Origin: Planctomycetota bacterium
GTDB taxonomy: Bacteria; Planctomycetota; MHYJ01; WSZJ01
Length of the DNA stretch: 64,000 bases
NCBI GenBank assembly: GCA_016190145.1
Contig: JACPRD010000169.1
Span: forward strand, 1,445-65,444
Direction: 5' to 3'
The notes under the pieces are model-generated. The model saw only the letters and a program-made list of their open reading frames with translations, had not been told where the DNA came from and made no database searches. This document shows, one piece after another, positions 19,233 through 27,727 of the stretch. Made by a program: the position numbers and the translations under genes. Position 1 is the stretch's first letter, and every line of letters starts with the position of its first letter.

Positions 19233-20591
19233 CTACGTCGCGGCCGGAACATCCCCCGCCGTCGCCGCCTCCACGCGGTCGCGCCCGCCGCGTTTCGCGC
19301 GGTACAGCGCGCGATCCGCGGCGGCCAGAAGGCGGTCGCCGGAGGAGACGGCGCAGGCCTGGCTCGAGGCGACGCCGATGCTCCCGGTGACCGGAGGGGG
19401 GCCGGGGAGGTCCCGAAGGGTCGACCGCAGTTTCTCCGCGATCTCCACGGCCTGCCCGGCCCCCACTTCCTCCAGAAGCACGCAGAATTCCTCGCCGCCG
19501 TAGCGCGCGACGAAATCGGAATTGCGGACCGCGGCGCGCAGGGCGGCGCCGACGGCGGCGAGGACGCGGTCGCCTTCGAGGTGGCCGTGTTCGTCGTTGA
19601 TGCGCTTGAAGTGATCGAGGTCGATCATGAGGACGGCGCAGGTGCCGCTCTGGCGGTCGAGGCGTTCGCGGAGTGCCCAGCGGTTGGGGAGGCCGGTGAG
19701 GGCATCGGTCGTGGCGAGCTGCGCGAGCCGCTGGGTTTCGGCGCGCGTCGCGGCGATCTCGTTGAAGGTCACGACGCCGCCGCGGAGCCGGCCTTTCGAG
19801 TCGCGCAGAGGGCGGCCGATGGCCGAGATGAGGACTTCGCGACCGGTGTGCCGGTTGCGGATGAGAGCTTCCATGCGATCCGTCGCCTCGCCCCGGAGCG
19901 CGCGCGCCATGGGGAGATCTTCGGCGGGAAGCGGCGTTTCGCCGTCGGGCGTGAAGGAGACGTACGCTTCCGACCAGCGTTCGGGGCTCATCTCGCCGGC
20001 GCGGACCCCGAGCAGTTCCTCTGCGCGCGCGTTGAAAACGGTCAGGCGGCCGGTGTGGTCGGCGACGACGATGCCCTCGCCCGCGCTTCCGAGGATTCCG
20101 GTGAGCGCCTCCTTCTGGTCCGCGAGCGACCGGGTCACTTTTCTCAGCTTGAGCTCGTCGACCACGATCGCCGCCAGCGACGCCAGCGCCTCCGCGTCGG
20201 CGGGTGTGAAATCGCGCGGGGACGAGTCCATCACGCAGAGCGCGCCGATGCGGATGCCGGAAGCGTAGACCAGCGGCGCGCCGGCGTAGAAACGGACGTC
20301 CGGGGGAGGCGAGAACCGGGGATCCAGGCGCGCGTCGAGAACCACGAGGGGAAGATCGCTCTCGATGGCCCGCTCGCAGAAGGAGCCCTTCCGCGGGCTT
20401 TCGCCCGCCGCGATTCCCTCCCTGGCGAGCAGCCACTGGCGATGTTCGTCGACGAGCGTGATGGCCGCCTTCGGCGTGCCGAACAGTCGTTTCGCCAGGC
20501 GCACGATGCGCTCGAATGCGGGCTCGGGAATCCGGTCCAGGATATTGAGCCGGTGCAGCGTCTCGAGGCGTTCGCGTTCGCCGGGGGTCAT
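19233..20591 (-). CDS. GAF-PAS-GGDEF diguanylate cyclase
   Basis: GAF-like N-terminus, PAS region, C-terminal ...RYGGEEFCVLL... GGDEF domain. ATG overlaps the ATPase stop (ATGA). Confidence 0.85.
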   Translation of the reverse strand: MTPGERERLETLHRLNILDRIPEPAFERIVRLAKRLFGTPKAAITLVDEHRQWLLAREGIAAGESPRKGSFCERAIESDLPLVVLDARLDPRFSPPPDVRFYAGAPLVYASGIRIGALCVMDSSPRDFTPADAEALASLAAIVVDELKLRKVTRSLADQKEALTGILGSAGEGIVVADHTGRLTVFNARAEELLGVRAGEMSPERWSEAYVSFTPDGETPLPAEDLPMARALRGEATDRMEALIRNRHTGREVLISAIGRPLRDSKGRLRGGVVTFNEIAATRAETQRLAQLATTDALTGLPNRWALRERLDRQSGTCAVLMIDLDHFKRINDEHGHLEGDRVLAAVGAALRAAVRNSDFVARYGGEEFCVLLEEVGAGQAVEIAEKLRSTLRDLPGPPPVTGSIGVASSQACAVSSGDRLLAAADRALYRAKRGGRDRVEAATAGDVPAAT

Positions 20592-22450
20592 CGTTTCGAT
20601 GATATCAGCCGGGGGAGGAGGCGTGCGGAGTTGAGGATGAAGAGGAGTTCGGAGGAGACGTGGATGGCTGCGGCGGCGAGCGGGTTGAGGAGGCCGAAGG
20701 CGCCGAGGGCCATGCCGGCGGCGTCGACGGCGAGGGTTCCGGCGAAATTGAAGAGGACGATGCGGCGGCAGCGGCGGGCGACGGCGACGATATCGGCGAA
20801 GGCGGAGAGGTCGTTGCCGATGAGCGTGACGGGGGCGGCCTCGCGGGCGACGTCGGTGCCGGAGCCCATGGCCACGCCGACGGCGGCTTCCAGGAGGGCG
20901 GGGACGTCGTTGATGCCGTCGCCGATCATGGCCACGACGCGTCCTTCGAGCTGCATCGCCCGGATGCGCTGGAGTTTTTCGTCTGGAAGGAGGCCGGCGC
21001 CGGTTTCATCCACGCCGAGGGCGCGGCCGACGGGCGTGGCCGCGACCGACCTGTCGCCGGTGAGCAGGACGGTGCGAAGGCCCATCGCGCGGAGGCGTGC
21101 GACGGCGCCCGCGGCTTCGGGGCGCAGCACGTCGGCGATCCGGATCGAGCCGAGCGGGCGGCGGACGCGGGCGACGGCGATTTCGGACACGTCGCCGGAT
21201 TCCGCCGGCGGCGACGCGACACCGTGCTCCGCCAGGAACGCCGCCGTGCCGACGAGGACCTCTTCACCCCCCACGAGGCAGTCGATGCCCTTCCCCGGCA
21301 CGTAGTGGAATCTCTCGGGGTCCGGCTCGCGGGCCGTGGAGGCGGCGGCCCGGCGGAGGACGGCGCGGGCCAGGGGGTGTTCGGACGGTCGCTCGGCGGC
21401 GGCGGCGGTGGCGAGGAGGAAGTCGGGAGAAACGCCCGGCGCGGGCCGGAGTTCGACCACCTCCGGATCGCCGAACGTCAGCGTGCCGGTCTTGTCGAGC
21501 ACGACGGTGTCCACCGCCCAGAGCGCCTCGAGGTGGCGCCCGCCCTTCACGATGAGCCCGCGTCGCGCGGCGCGCCCGATCGCGCCCAGGATGGCCAGAG
21601 GCGTCCCGGCGGCGATGCCGCACGCGCCCGCGACGAGGATCACGGAGATCGCGGCGCGCGCGTCGCGCGAGGCCGCGTACGTCGCCCCGGCGGTAGCGAG
21701 CGCCACGACAACGAGCCAGCCCGCGAACCGGTCCGCAACCCGCTGGATCGGCGCGCGCGACCGCTCCGCCGACTCCACCGCCTCGACGATGCGCCCGAAC
21801 GCCGTGTCGCGGCCGATCCGCGCGGCGCGCACGTCGAGCGCGCCGGTCCCGTTCAGGCTTCCGGCGAAGACCGTCGCGCCGGGGAGTTTTTCGGCGGGAA
21901 GCGATTCCCCGGTGATCATGGCCTGGTCGACGAACGAGCCGCCGCGCTCCACGGTTCCGTCGACCGGAATCCGGGCGCCCGGCCGGATGACGACGAGGTC
22001 GCCCGCGCGGAGCTCCGCGGTCGAAACTTCTTCCGGTCCGCCGGCGCGCCGGACGAGCGCCCGCGGCGGCAGCATTTCGAGCAGTTCGCGGATCGCGACC
22101 CGCCCGCGGCCGACGGTCAGGTGCTCGAGGACTTCGGCGACGAGGACGAACAGCACGATGAGCAGCGCCGTGACGCTCTCGCCGATCGCGAGCGCCGCGC
22201 CGAAGGCGATGAGCATCGAGAGTTCCATCGTCATGCGGAATTCCCGCACGGCCCCCGCCGCCTCCTTCACGATCGGCCACGCCCCGACCGCGGTCGCGAC
22301 GACCGCGACGACGTCGAACCCCGCGAACGGCCTCCAGAGCCGGAGCCACGTGGCGCCGGCGGCGAGGGCGACGAACACGATGCGCAGGATCTCCCCGCAG
22401 CCGATCCGGCCGGATTCTCCCGAGTCCGCCTCGCCAGCATGGCCCGTCAC
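20588..22450 (-). CDS. P-type ATPase (P1B-like topology, no N-terminal metal-binding domain, non-canonical TM6 motif)
   Basis: DKTGTLT, MITGES, GDGINDVPAL and TGD motifs. TM6 reads VAGACGIAAGTP instead of CPC. Start assigned to GTG at 22450, overlapping the csoR-like stop (GTGA). ORF-track start 22612 would overlap csoR. Confidence 0.75.
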   Translation of the reverse strand: MTGHAGEADSGESGRIGCGEILRIVFVALAAGATWLRLWRPFAGFDVVAVVATAVGAWPIVKEAAGAVREFRMTMELSMLIAFGAALAIGESVTALLIVLFVLVAEVLEHLTVGRGRVAIRELLEMLPPRALVRRAGGPEEVSTAELRAGDLVVIRPGARIPVDGTVERGGSFVDQAMITGESLPAEKLPGATVFAGSLNGTGALDVRAARIGRDTAFGRIVEAVESAERSRAPIQRVADRFAGWLVVVALATAGATYAASRDARAAISVILVAGACGIAAGTPLAILGAIGRAARRGLIVKGGRHLEALWAVDTVVLDKTGTLTFGDPEVVELRPAPGVSPDFLLATAAAAERPSEHPLARAVLRRAAASTAREPDPERFHYVPGKGIDCLVGGEEVLVGTAAFLAEHGVASPPAESGDVSEIAVARVRRPLGSIRIADVLRPEAAGAVARLRAMGLRTVLLTGDRSVAATPVGRALGVDETGAGLLPDEKLQRIRAMQLEGRVVAMIGDGINDVPALLEAAVGVAMGSGTDVAREAAPVTLIGNDLSAFADIVAVARRCRRIVLFNFAGTLAVDAAGMALGAFGLLNPLAAAAIHVSSELLFILNSARLLPRLISSKR

Positions 22451-22713
22451 TTCAGGTACGTCCGGATGAGATCGATCAGGTCCTGCGCCGCGTGCGAAGA
22501 GCGGCGGCCGGGGGCGGCGACATGGAAGCGGACGTGTCCCTCCACGACTTCCGACATCAGGCCGTTGAGCGCTCCGCGGCATGCCGCGATCAGGTGGAGG
22601 ATCCCCCCGCATTCAGCTTCCGCCTCCAGCGCCCGCTCGAGCGCCTCGACCTGTCCGCGGATGCGCCGGACGCGGGCGAGGAGCCGGCTCCGGTTCTGGA
22701 CGATGTGCGACAT
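22447..22713 (-). CDS. Metal-sensing transcriptional repressor, CsoR/RcnR/FrmR family (DUF156)
   Basis: 88 aa. LLARVRRIRGQVEALERALEAEAECGGILHLIAACRGALNGLMSEVVEGHVRFHV matches the family fold, including conserved Cys and His. Confidence 0.7.
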   Translation of the reverse strand: MSHIVQNRSRLLARVRRIRGQVEALERALEAEAECGGILHLIAACRGALNGLMSEVVEGHVRFHVAAPGRRSSHAAQDLIDLIRTYLK

Positions 22714-22812
22714 GGCGCGCGGACCTCCATAGGGTACCCAGGTATCCTATGGAGGCCGGCCCCGGCCGCGCCAGTCTTTTCGGAAGGGGCGGCCTCGTGC
22801 GATACTCCTCCC

Positions 22813-23586
22813 ATGCGGACGCTTCCCCTGGCCTGCGCCCTCCTCCTCGCTTCCTGCGCGCGGACGAGTCCCGTCGCGTCGGTCGAAGACTCGTTCCGGC
22901 CGCTGCGGGAGCGCGAGGCGATCCTGATCCTCCCCGGATTCGTGTCGCGGTTTCACGGAAACCGGGCACAGCAGGAGTACTTCTCGGACCGGGGCTACGA
23001 CCTGTTCATTCCAGACTGCATCGCCCGCGAGTCGCTGGCGGATTGCCTGTCCCGGCTGGAGGAGTTCATGGCGGCGCACCGGGTGGGCGAGTACCGCCGG
23101 GTGCACGTGTTCGCCTACATCGTCGGCGGCTGGGTGCTGAATGCCTGGATCGCGAAACACCGGGATCACAACATCGCGTCGATCGTGTACGACCGGAGCC
23201 CGCTTCAGGAACGCGCCCCGGGAGCGCTGATCGCGGACCAGCCGTGGATCGCCCGGCTGCTCTTCGGCGGAATCGTCTGGGACATGGCGCGGACGCCTTA
23301 TCCGCCCATGGATCGGGAGGGCATCCGCGTCGGCCTCCTGGTCGAGTGCAAGGCGACGGCCTACATCCGGCGGCACCGCGAGTCCGCGCTCGCCCCCGGT
23401 CCGGTCCGCTGGGACTTTGCGGCCCTCGGCCAGCGCTATGACGATGCCATCTACATCCGGATCGACCACGACGAGTTGTACTCACGCTTCGATCAGTTCG
23501 GCGCCGAAGTTCTCGGCTTCTTCGTGGACGGCCGGTTCAGCAGGTCCGCACGGAGGAGACCCTTCGATGGCGATCCCTTCGAATAG
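22813..23586 (+). CDS. Lipoprotein (hypothetical)
   Basis: ORF 22492..23586 trimmed to MRTLPLACALLLASCA lipobox. No catalytic motif recognized. Confidence 0.5.
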   Translation: MRTLPLACALLLASCARTSPVASVEDSFRPLREREAILILPGFVSRFHGNRAQQEYFSDRGYDLFIPDCIARESLADCLSRLEEFMAAHRVGEYRRVHVFAYIVGGWVLNAWIAKHRDHNIASIVYDRSPLQERAPGALIADQPWIARLLFGGIVWDMARTPYPPMDREGIRVGLLVECKATAYIRRHRESALAPGPVRWDFAALGQRYDDAIYIRIDHDELYSRFDQFGAEVLGFFVDGRFSRSARRRPFDGDPFE

Positions 23587-23622
23587 GCCAGCCATGAGGC
23601 ATAGGCCATAAGCCAGTACACA

Positions 23623-23742
23623 GCCATAAGCCATAGGCCATAAGCAAATGCACGATGCCGGGGGTTGGCAGGCGAATGAACTCTTCTGGGGACAAGGGCC
23701 TGCAATCCCTGTCGCCTTTCCTTATGGCCTATGGCTTATGGC
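23623..23742. repeat. Perfect 22-bp inverted repeat (gccataagccataggccataag / cttatggcctatggcttatggc) with 76-nt spacer, built from ccataRgcc octamers
   Basis: Arms 23623-23644 and 23721-23742. Extra partial octamer copies at 23598-23620. Right arm overlaps the DUF190 stop codon. Lies between convergent genes. Confidence 0.65.
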
Positions 23743-24091
23743 TTCCCTCCTGCCCCGCTTCACCATGCCGGTACGCGATGATGTGCACCTTCTCCAGCGT
23801 GATCAGCCCTTCACCCACCATCCCGTCCAGCACCGGCAGGATCGCGCGGATCCGCTCCTCCTTGTCCACGATCTCGACCACGACCGGGAGGTCCTCTGAG
23901 AGGCGGAGGATCCGGGTCGTGTGGATGCGGCTGTGCGCCCCGAAGCCCTCCATGCCGCGCAGCACGGTGGCGCCCGCGAGGCCGTGTTCGCGCGCCTTGA
24001 GGACGATCGCCTGGTAAAGCGGCCGGCCCTCCCAGCGGTCCGTTTCGCCGACGTAGATCCGCAGGAGCTGGCCTTCGCCCTCGATTTTCAT
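23729..24091 (-). CDS. DUF190 (PII-like) protein, commonly associated with crcB
   Basis: MKIEGEGQLLRIYVGETDRWEGRPLYQAIV... SD TAGGAGG. Follows crcB on the same strand. Confidence 0.75.
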   Translation of the reverse strand: MKIEGEGQLLRIYVGETDRWEGRPLYQAIVLKAREHGLAGATVLRGMEGFGAHSRIHTTRILRLSEDLPVVVEIVDKEERIRAILPVLDGMVGEGLITLEKVHIIAYRHGEAGQEGSHKP

Positions 24092-24102
24092 CCGCCGGCC
24101 TC

Positions 24103-24483
24103 CTAAGCGCCCGTCAGTTTCAGGGTTTCGCGCCCCAGCCACACGGCGCCCAGGCCGAGGACGACGTTTCCGGCGACGTTCAGCAGCGCCGGACCGAGCT
24201 GCCGGTTGCGCAGCAGCTCGAGCGTCTCCCAGCCGAACGCGGAAAACGTCGTGAAACCGCCCAGGATGCCCACGGCCAGGAACAGCCGGGCGTCGGGGCC
24301 CAGAGAGGACCGATCGAGGACGAGGTGAAGAATGGCGCCGATCGCGAAGCAGCCCACCACGTTCACCGCAAGCGTGCCCCAGGGAAACGAGGCGCCGGCA
24401 TACTTGTGCACGAGCCCCGCGAGGCCGTACCGCGCCATCGAGCCCAGGAATCCGCCCACCCCCACCAGCAGCAGCTCCCTCAC
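24103..24483 (-). CDS. crcB: Fluoride ion channel CrcB/Fluc
   Basis: 126 aa. VGVGGFLGSMARYGL...GTLAVNVVGCFAIG...GGFTTFSAF. GTG start overlaps upstream gene stop (GTGA). SD GAAGGA. Confidence 0.85.
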   Translation of the reverse strand: MRELLLVGVGGFLGSMARYGLAGLVHKYAGASFPWGTLAVNVVGCFAIGAILHLVLDRSSLGPDARLFLAVGILGGFTTFSAFGWETLELLRNRQLGPALLNVAGNVVLGLGAVWLGRETLKLTGA

Positions 24484-25334
24484 TTCGTTTCCTTCGGCGC
24501 CGCGCCGAATTCGAGCTTGAACTGGTCGTCGTACGCCAGCATCCCCTCGCGCAGGTACTCCGACCTCAATTTCGCGATCTGCTCCGGCGTCAGCGAACGC
24601 TCCAGCTCCACGTACGTCTTGAGCCGCACGCTGTGCACCTCGTGCGACAGCTTCGACAGGAACCGGTCGGGCCCCAACACCTCCTCGATCGACGTCGTCG
24701 TGTGGATCTTGAGCTGCTCCGCCAGCGGCATCTCCGAGAACTCCTTCATGTCCGCCGCGATCGGACCCATCATCGCCATGATCAGATCCTTCGCCGGCTT
24801 GTTCGCCTGCTCCGCCGTCGCCCCCTCCATGTTCCCGGCATAAAAACGGCTCATCGATTCGTCCAGCCGCCGCAGCTCGTCCTCCATCGCCATCTTCAGC
24901 GCCACCACCTGCGCCGGCTCCAGCCCGAGGTCCTTCGCTACCGCCTCGGGAATGTCCCGCCCGTAAATCAGCGCCCTCTTGTGCTTCGCCAGCACGTCCT
25001 CGAGCGACTTGATCCCCTCGTCGGCCGCCGGCTTCCCCTCCGCCTTCGCCGCCGCCAGCTCCCTCTTCACCGACTCGATCTCCTTCTCCAGCTTCACCTT
25101 CTCCGCACGCGCCCCCGCCTCCCGGTCCGCCAGCGCCTTCTCCAGCTCCGCCACCCGCTTCCCGGCATCCGCCACCGCGGGCGCGCCTTCTGAAGCGCCC
25201 GTCGCGGGGGCGGCCGCGGCGGGCCGCGCGGCGAGCTCCTGTCGAAGCGACTGGTTCTGGATGTAGAGCCACGCGGCCAGGGCGAGGATGACGGCCTCGG
25301 ACAGCGCGAAAGCGACGAGGATGCGGGGGTTCAT
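24480..25334 (-). CDS. Membrane-anchored coiled-coil protein (hypothetical), first gene of the crcB operon
   Basis: ORF 24480..25664 trimmed to Met111 (MNPRILVAFALSEAVILALAAWLY). SD AAGGAG. Confidence 0.55.
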   Translation of the reverse strand: MNPRILVAFALSEAVILALAAWLYIQNQSLRQELAARPAAAAPATGASEGAPAVADAGKRVAELEKALADREAGARAEKVKLEKEIESVKRELAAAKAEGKPAADEGIKSLEDVLAKHKRALIYGRDIPEAVAKDLGLEPAQVVALKMAMEDELRRLDESMSRFYAGNMEGATAEQANKPAKDLIMAMMGPIAADMKEFSEMPLAEQLKIHTTTSIEEVLGPDRFLSKLSHEVHSVRLKTYVELERSLTPEQIAKLRSEYLREGMLAYDDQFKLEFGAAPKETK

Positions 25335-25488
25335 GCGGGAGCTCCTTTGGAAGGGCCGCCATCCTATCGCGACCGGGCGCGCTTGCGGAGGAGGAACTCG
25401 CCGGGCGTTGATCCCCGCAGTCCGGGGGGATATCCTCCCGTCCCCGGAACGCGCAGATCCCTCTTCACTTGAGCGGGCGAAAAACTCG

Positions 25489-26229
25489 ATGCCTGACGAC
25501 AGGCGGGCCCGCGGAGATGCGGAATTCGGCGTGCCTTTTCCCGGGCGCGTCCTCCCCGGCGAGCGCTGGACGAAAACGGGCCTGCGCGACCCGGGAGGCG
25601 CGTTCGACTGGACCGCGGTGTTCGGGCGCCTGGCGCCGCGCGTCGTCGACCTGGGGTGCGGCAACGGAAGGTACCTGATCGGCTCGGCACTCGCGCGCTC
25701 CGACCGCGACCACGTCGGCGTCGACCTCGTGCAGGTCGCCGTGGACTACGCCGCGCAACGGGCCAACCGCCGAGGGCTTACAAACGTGCGGTTCGTGATC
25801 GGCGACGCCGTGACATGGATGTTCGAGCGGTTCGCGGCCGACTCGCTCGACGAAATCCACGTCTATCACCCCCAGCCGTACTACGAGGCCAATGCCGTCT
25901 CGCGGCGCCTCCTCACGCCTGAATTCCTCGAACGCACCTGGACCGTCGTGCGGCGCGGCGGCCTCCTCGTCCTCCAGACCGACAACAAGGCCTACTGGAA
26001 ATACCTTCTCGGCGCGGCCGCCCGATGGTTCGCGCCAGAACCCCTTCCCGGCCCCTGGCCCGACGCCCCCCGCGGGCGCACGCGGCGGGAAATTCAGGCG
26101 AGGCTGAAGGGACTTGCGGTCTGGCGAATGGAAGCGCGGCGGCGGGACGAGCCACTCGATGTCGCGGTCCCGGAGCCGGATTTCGATGCCAATCGGCCAC
26201 GGTTCCGGCGGGCACGGCCCTTGCGATAG
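25489..26229 (+). CDS. SAM-dependent methyltransferase, tRNA (guanine-N7)-methyltransferase TrmB-like
   Basis: VDLGCGNGRYL...NVRFVIGDAV...IHVYHPQPYYEANAVSRRLLTPEFLE...LVLQTD resembles TrmB core motifs. Start at Met68 of ORF 25288..26229. Confidence 0.5.
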   Translation: MPDDRRARGDAEFGVPFPGRVLPGERWTKTGLRDPGGAFDWTAVFGRLAPRVVDLGCGNGRYLIGSALARSDRDHVGVDLVQVAVDYAAQRANRRGLTNVRFVIGDAVTWMFERFAADSLDEIHVYHPQPYYEANAVSRRLLTPEFLERTWTVVRRGGLLVLQTDNKAYWKYLLGAAARWFAPEPLPGPWPDAPRGRTRREIQARLKGLAVWRMEARRRDEPLDVAVPEPDFDANRPRFRRARPLR

Positions 26230-26317
26230 ACACTTCCAGCCCCGCAGGCGACTTCCGATCCGGCGCTCTCCAAGGCGGAGAGGCCGGTCCGGCGCCTGGG
26301 GGAAGGAGCGAGTGTCC

Positions 26318-27640
26318 ATGAAAACCGCGACAACTGTCCTCTCCCTGGGACTCCTGCTGACGGGCTGCGTGCACCGGCACGCCTACGTGGTCAATTCTTC
26401 GCCGGCGGAAGTCGACGTGGAGGTCGACGTGTACGCGGAGTGCGAGCCCGTCTGGGACGGCCACATGTGGGTCGCCCTGACCGGGCACGAGCACGGGGAC
26501 GACTGCGGGCACTACTTCTACCATGGCGGTTGGCATTTTTACGAAGAGGACTGGGTCTACGACGAGCCGGGTTACGGGCCCTGCGACGAGACGGGGGACT
26601 TCGTCCGCTGGGGCGTGACGTACAGCCGGGTCTGGGACGGAATTGCGTTCACGATGCTGCGCGGGCACGTTCACGGCGCGCATTGCGGGCACTACTACCA
26701 CCACGGTTGCTGGAACCGGCAGCCGGGGGACTACGTTTACGAGCAAGCGGGGTACGGGTATTTCGGGGAGCTTGCATCGCGCCGCCGGGTTTCCTGGAGT
26801 CACGTGTGGCGTGATTCGCGCTGGGCGGTGTTGGAAGGGCACGTCCACGGACCCGGATGCGGGCACTATTACTATCGGGGCCGGTGGAACGAGGGACCGG
26901 AGCGGGTTGCGGACGGCTCTCGGCGTGGTGGTGAGCGCGGGGATCGCCCGTCGCGGCCGGAGCCGCCGAGTCGTCCGGCGCGGCCGGAGCCTCCTGATCG
27001 TCCGGCGCGGCCCGAGCATCCGGATCGTCCCACGCGGCCCGAGCATCCGGATCGTCCTACGCGGCCGGAGCATCCCGATCGGCCGACGCGACCCGAGCAC
27101 CCGGATCGTCCTACGCGGCCCGAGCATCCCGACCGGCCGACGCGACCCGAGCACCCGGATCGTCCTACGCGGCCCGAGCATCCCGACCGGCCGACGCGTC
27201 CGGAGCATCCCCAGCCGCCGCAGCGTGTCGAGCGCCCGCAGCAGCCCCAGCGTGTCGAGCGTCCTCAGCCGCCGCAGCGTGTCGAGCGCCCGCAGCAGCC
27301 CCAGCGTGTCGAGCGTCCTCAGCAGCCGCAGCGCGTCGAGCGTCCTCAGCAGCCGCAGCGCGTCGAGCGTCCTCAGCAGCCGCAGCGCGTCGAGCGTCCG
27401 CAGCAGCCCCAGCGTGTCGAGCGTCCTCAGCAGCCGCAGCGCGTCGAGCGCCCGCAGCAGCCGCAGCGCGTCGAGCGCCCGCAGCAGCCGCAGCGTGTCG
27501 AACGTCCGCAACAGCCGCAGCGCGTCGAACGTCCGCAACAGCCGCAGCGCGTCGAGCGGCCGCAGCAGCCGCAGCGCGCAGAACGGCCTCAGAGGAAAGA
27601 GGAGCCCAAGGGCAAGGACAAGCCAGGTAAGGGCCGCTGA
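26318..27640 (+). CDS. Repeat-rich lipoprotein: three His/Cys/Tyr-rich ~60-aa repeats plus (PEHPDRPTR)n and (PQQPQRVER)n arrays
   Basis: MKTATTVLSLGLLLTGC lipobox. SD GGAAGGAG. Three repeats of W(D/R)G..W..L.GH.HG..CGHYY..G.W. Then about 8 PEHPDRPTR and about 13 PQQPQRVER units. Confidence 0.7.
   Translation: MKTATTVLSLGLLLTGCVHRHAYVVNSSPAEVDVEVDVYAECEPVWDGHMWVALTGHEHGDDCGHYFYHGGWHFYEEDWVYDEPGYGPCDETGDFVRWGVTYSRVWDGIAFTMLRGHVHGAHCGHYYHHGCWNRQPGDYVYEQAGYGYFGELASRRRVSWSHVWRDSRWAVLEGHVHGPGCGHYYYRGRWNEGPERVADGSRRGGERGDRPSRPEPPSRPARPEPPDRPARPEHPDRPTRPEHPDRPTRPEHPDRPTRPEHPDRPTRPEHPDRPTRPEHPDRPTRPEHPDRPTRPEHPQPPQRVERPQQPQRVERPQPPQRVERPQQPQRVERPQQPQRVERPQQPQRVERPQQPQRVERPQQPQRVERPQQPQRVERPQQPQRVERPQQPQRVERPQQPQRVERPQQPQRVERPQQPQRAERPQRKEEPKGKDKPGKGR
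26940..27600 (+). repeat. Two consecutive near-perfect 27-nt tandem repeat arrays inside the lipoprotein gene
   Basis: Unit 1 ccggagcatcccgatcggccgacgcgn (about 26940-27210). Unit 2 ccgcagcagccgcagcgcgtcgagcgn (about 27211-27600). Units differ by 0-3 nt. Confidence 0.8.
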
Positions 27641-27727
27641 GGAATCGGATGGGGATGTCGCGGAAACTGGACGCGACATCCCCCGCCGAGAAGAATGGGC
27701 GCTTCCCCCCCCCAAAGGAGCGCCACC

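Noticed and set aside
22581-23441. 286-aa and other overlapping ORFs around the lipoprotein gene 22813..23586
   Set aside because: Alternative frames with Arg/Pro-rich translations. The frame with the lipobox and consistent hydrophobicity was chosen.
25335-25488. Fluoride riboswitch upstream of the crcB operon
   Set aside because: Manual comparison with the crcB-motif consensus found only a partial GATGG. No convincing P1/pseudoknot elements. Needs an Infernal scan to be definitive.
26940-27600. CRISPR array
   Set aside because: The 27-nt units are contiguous with no spacers, lie inside a coding sequence with a matching peptide repeat, and have no cas genes nearby.
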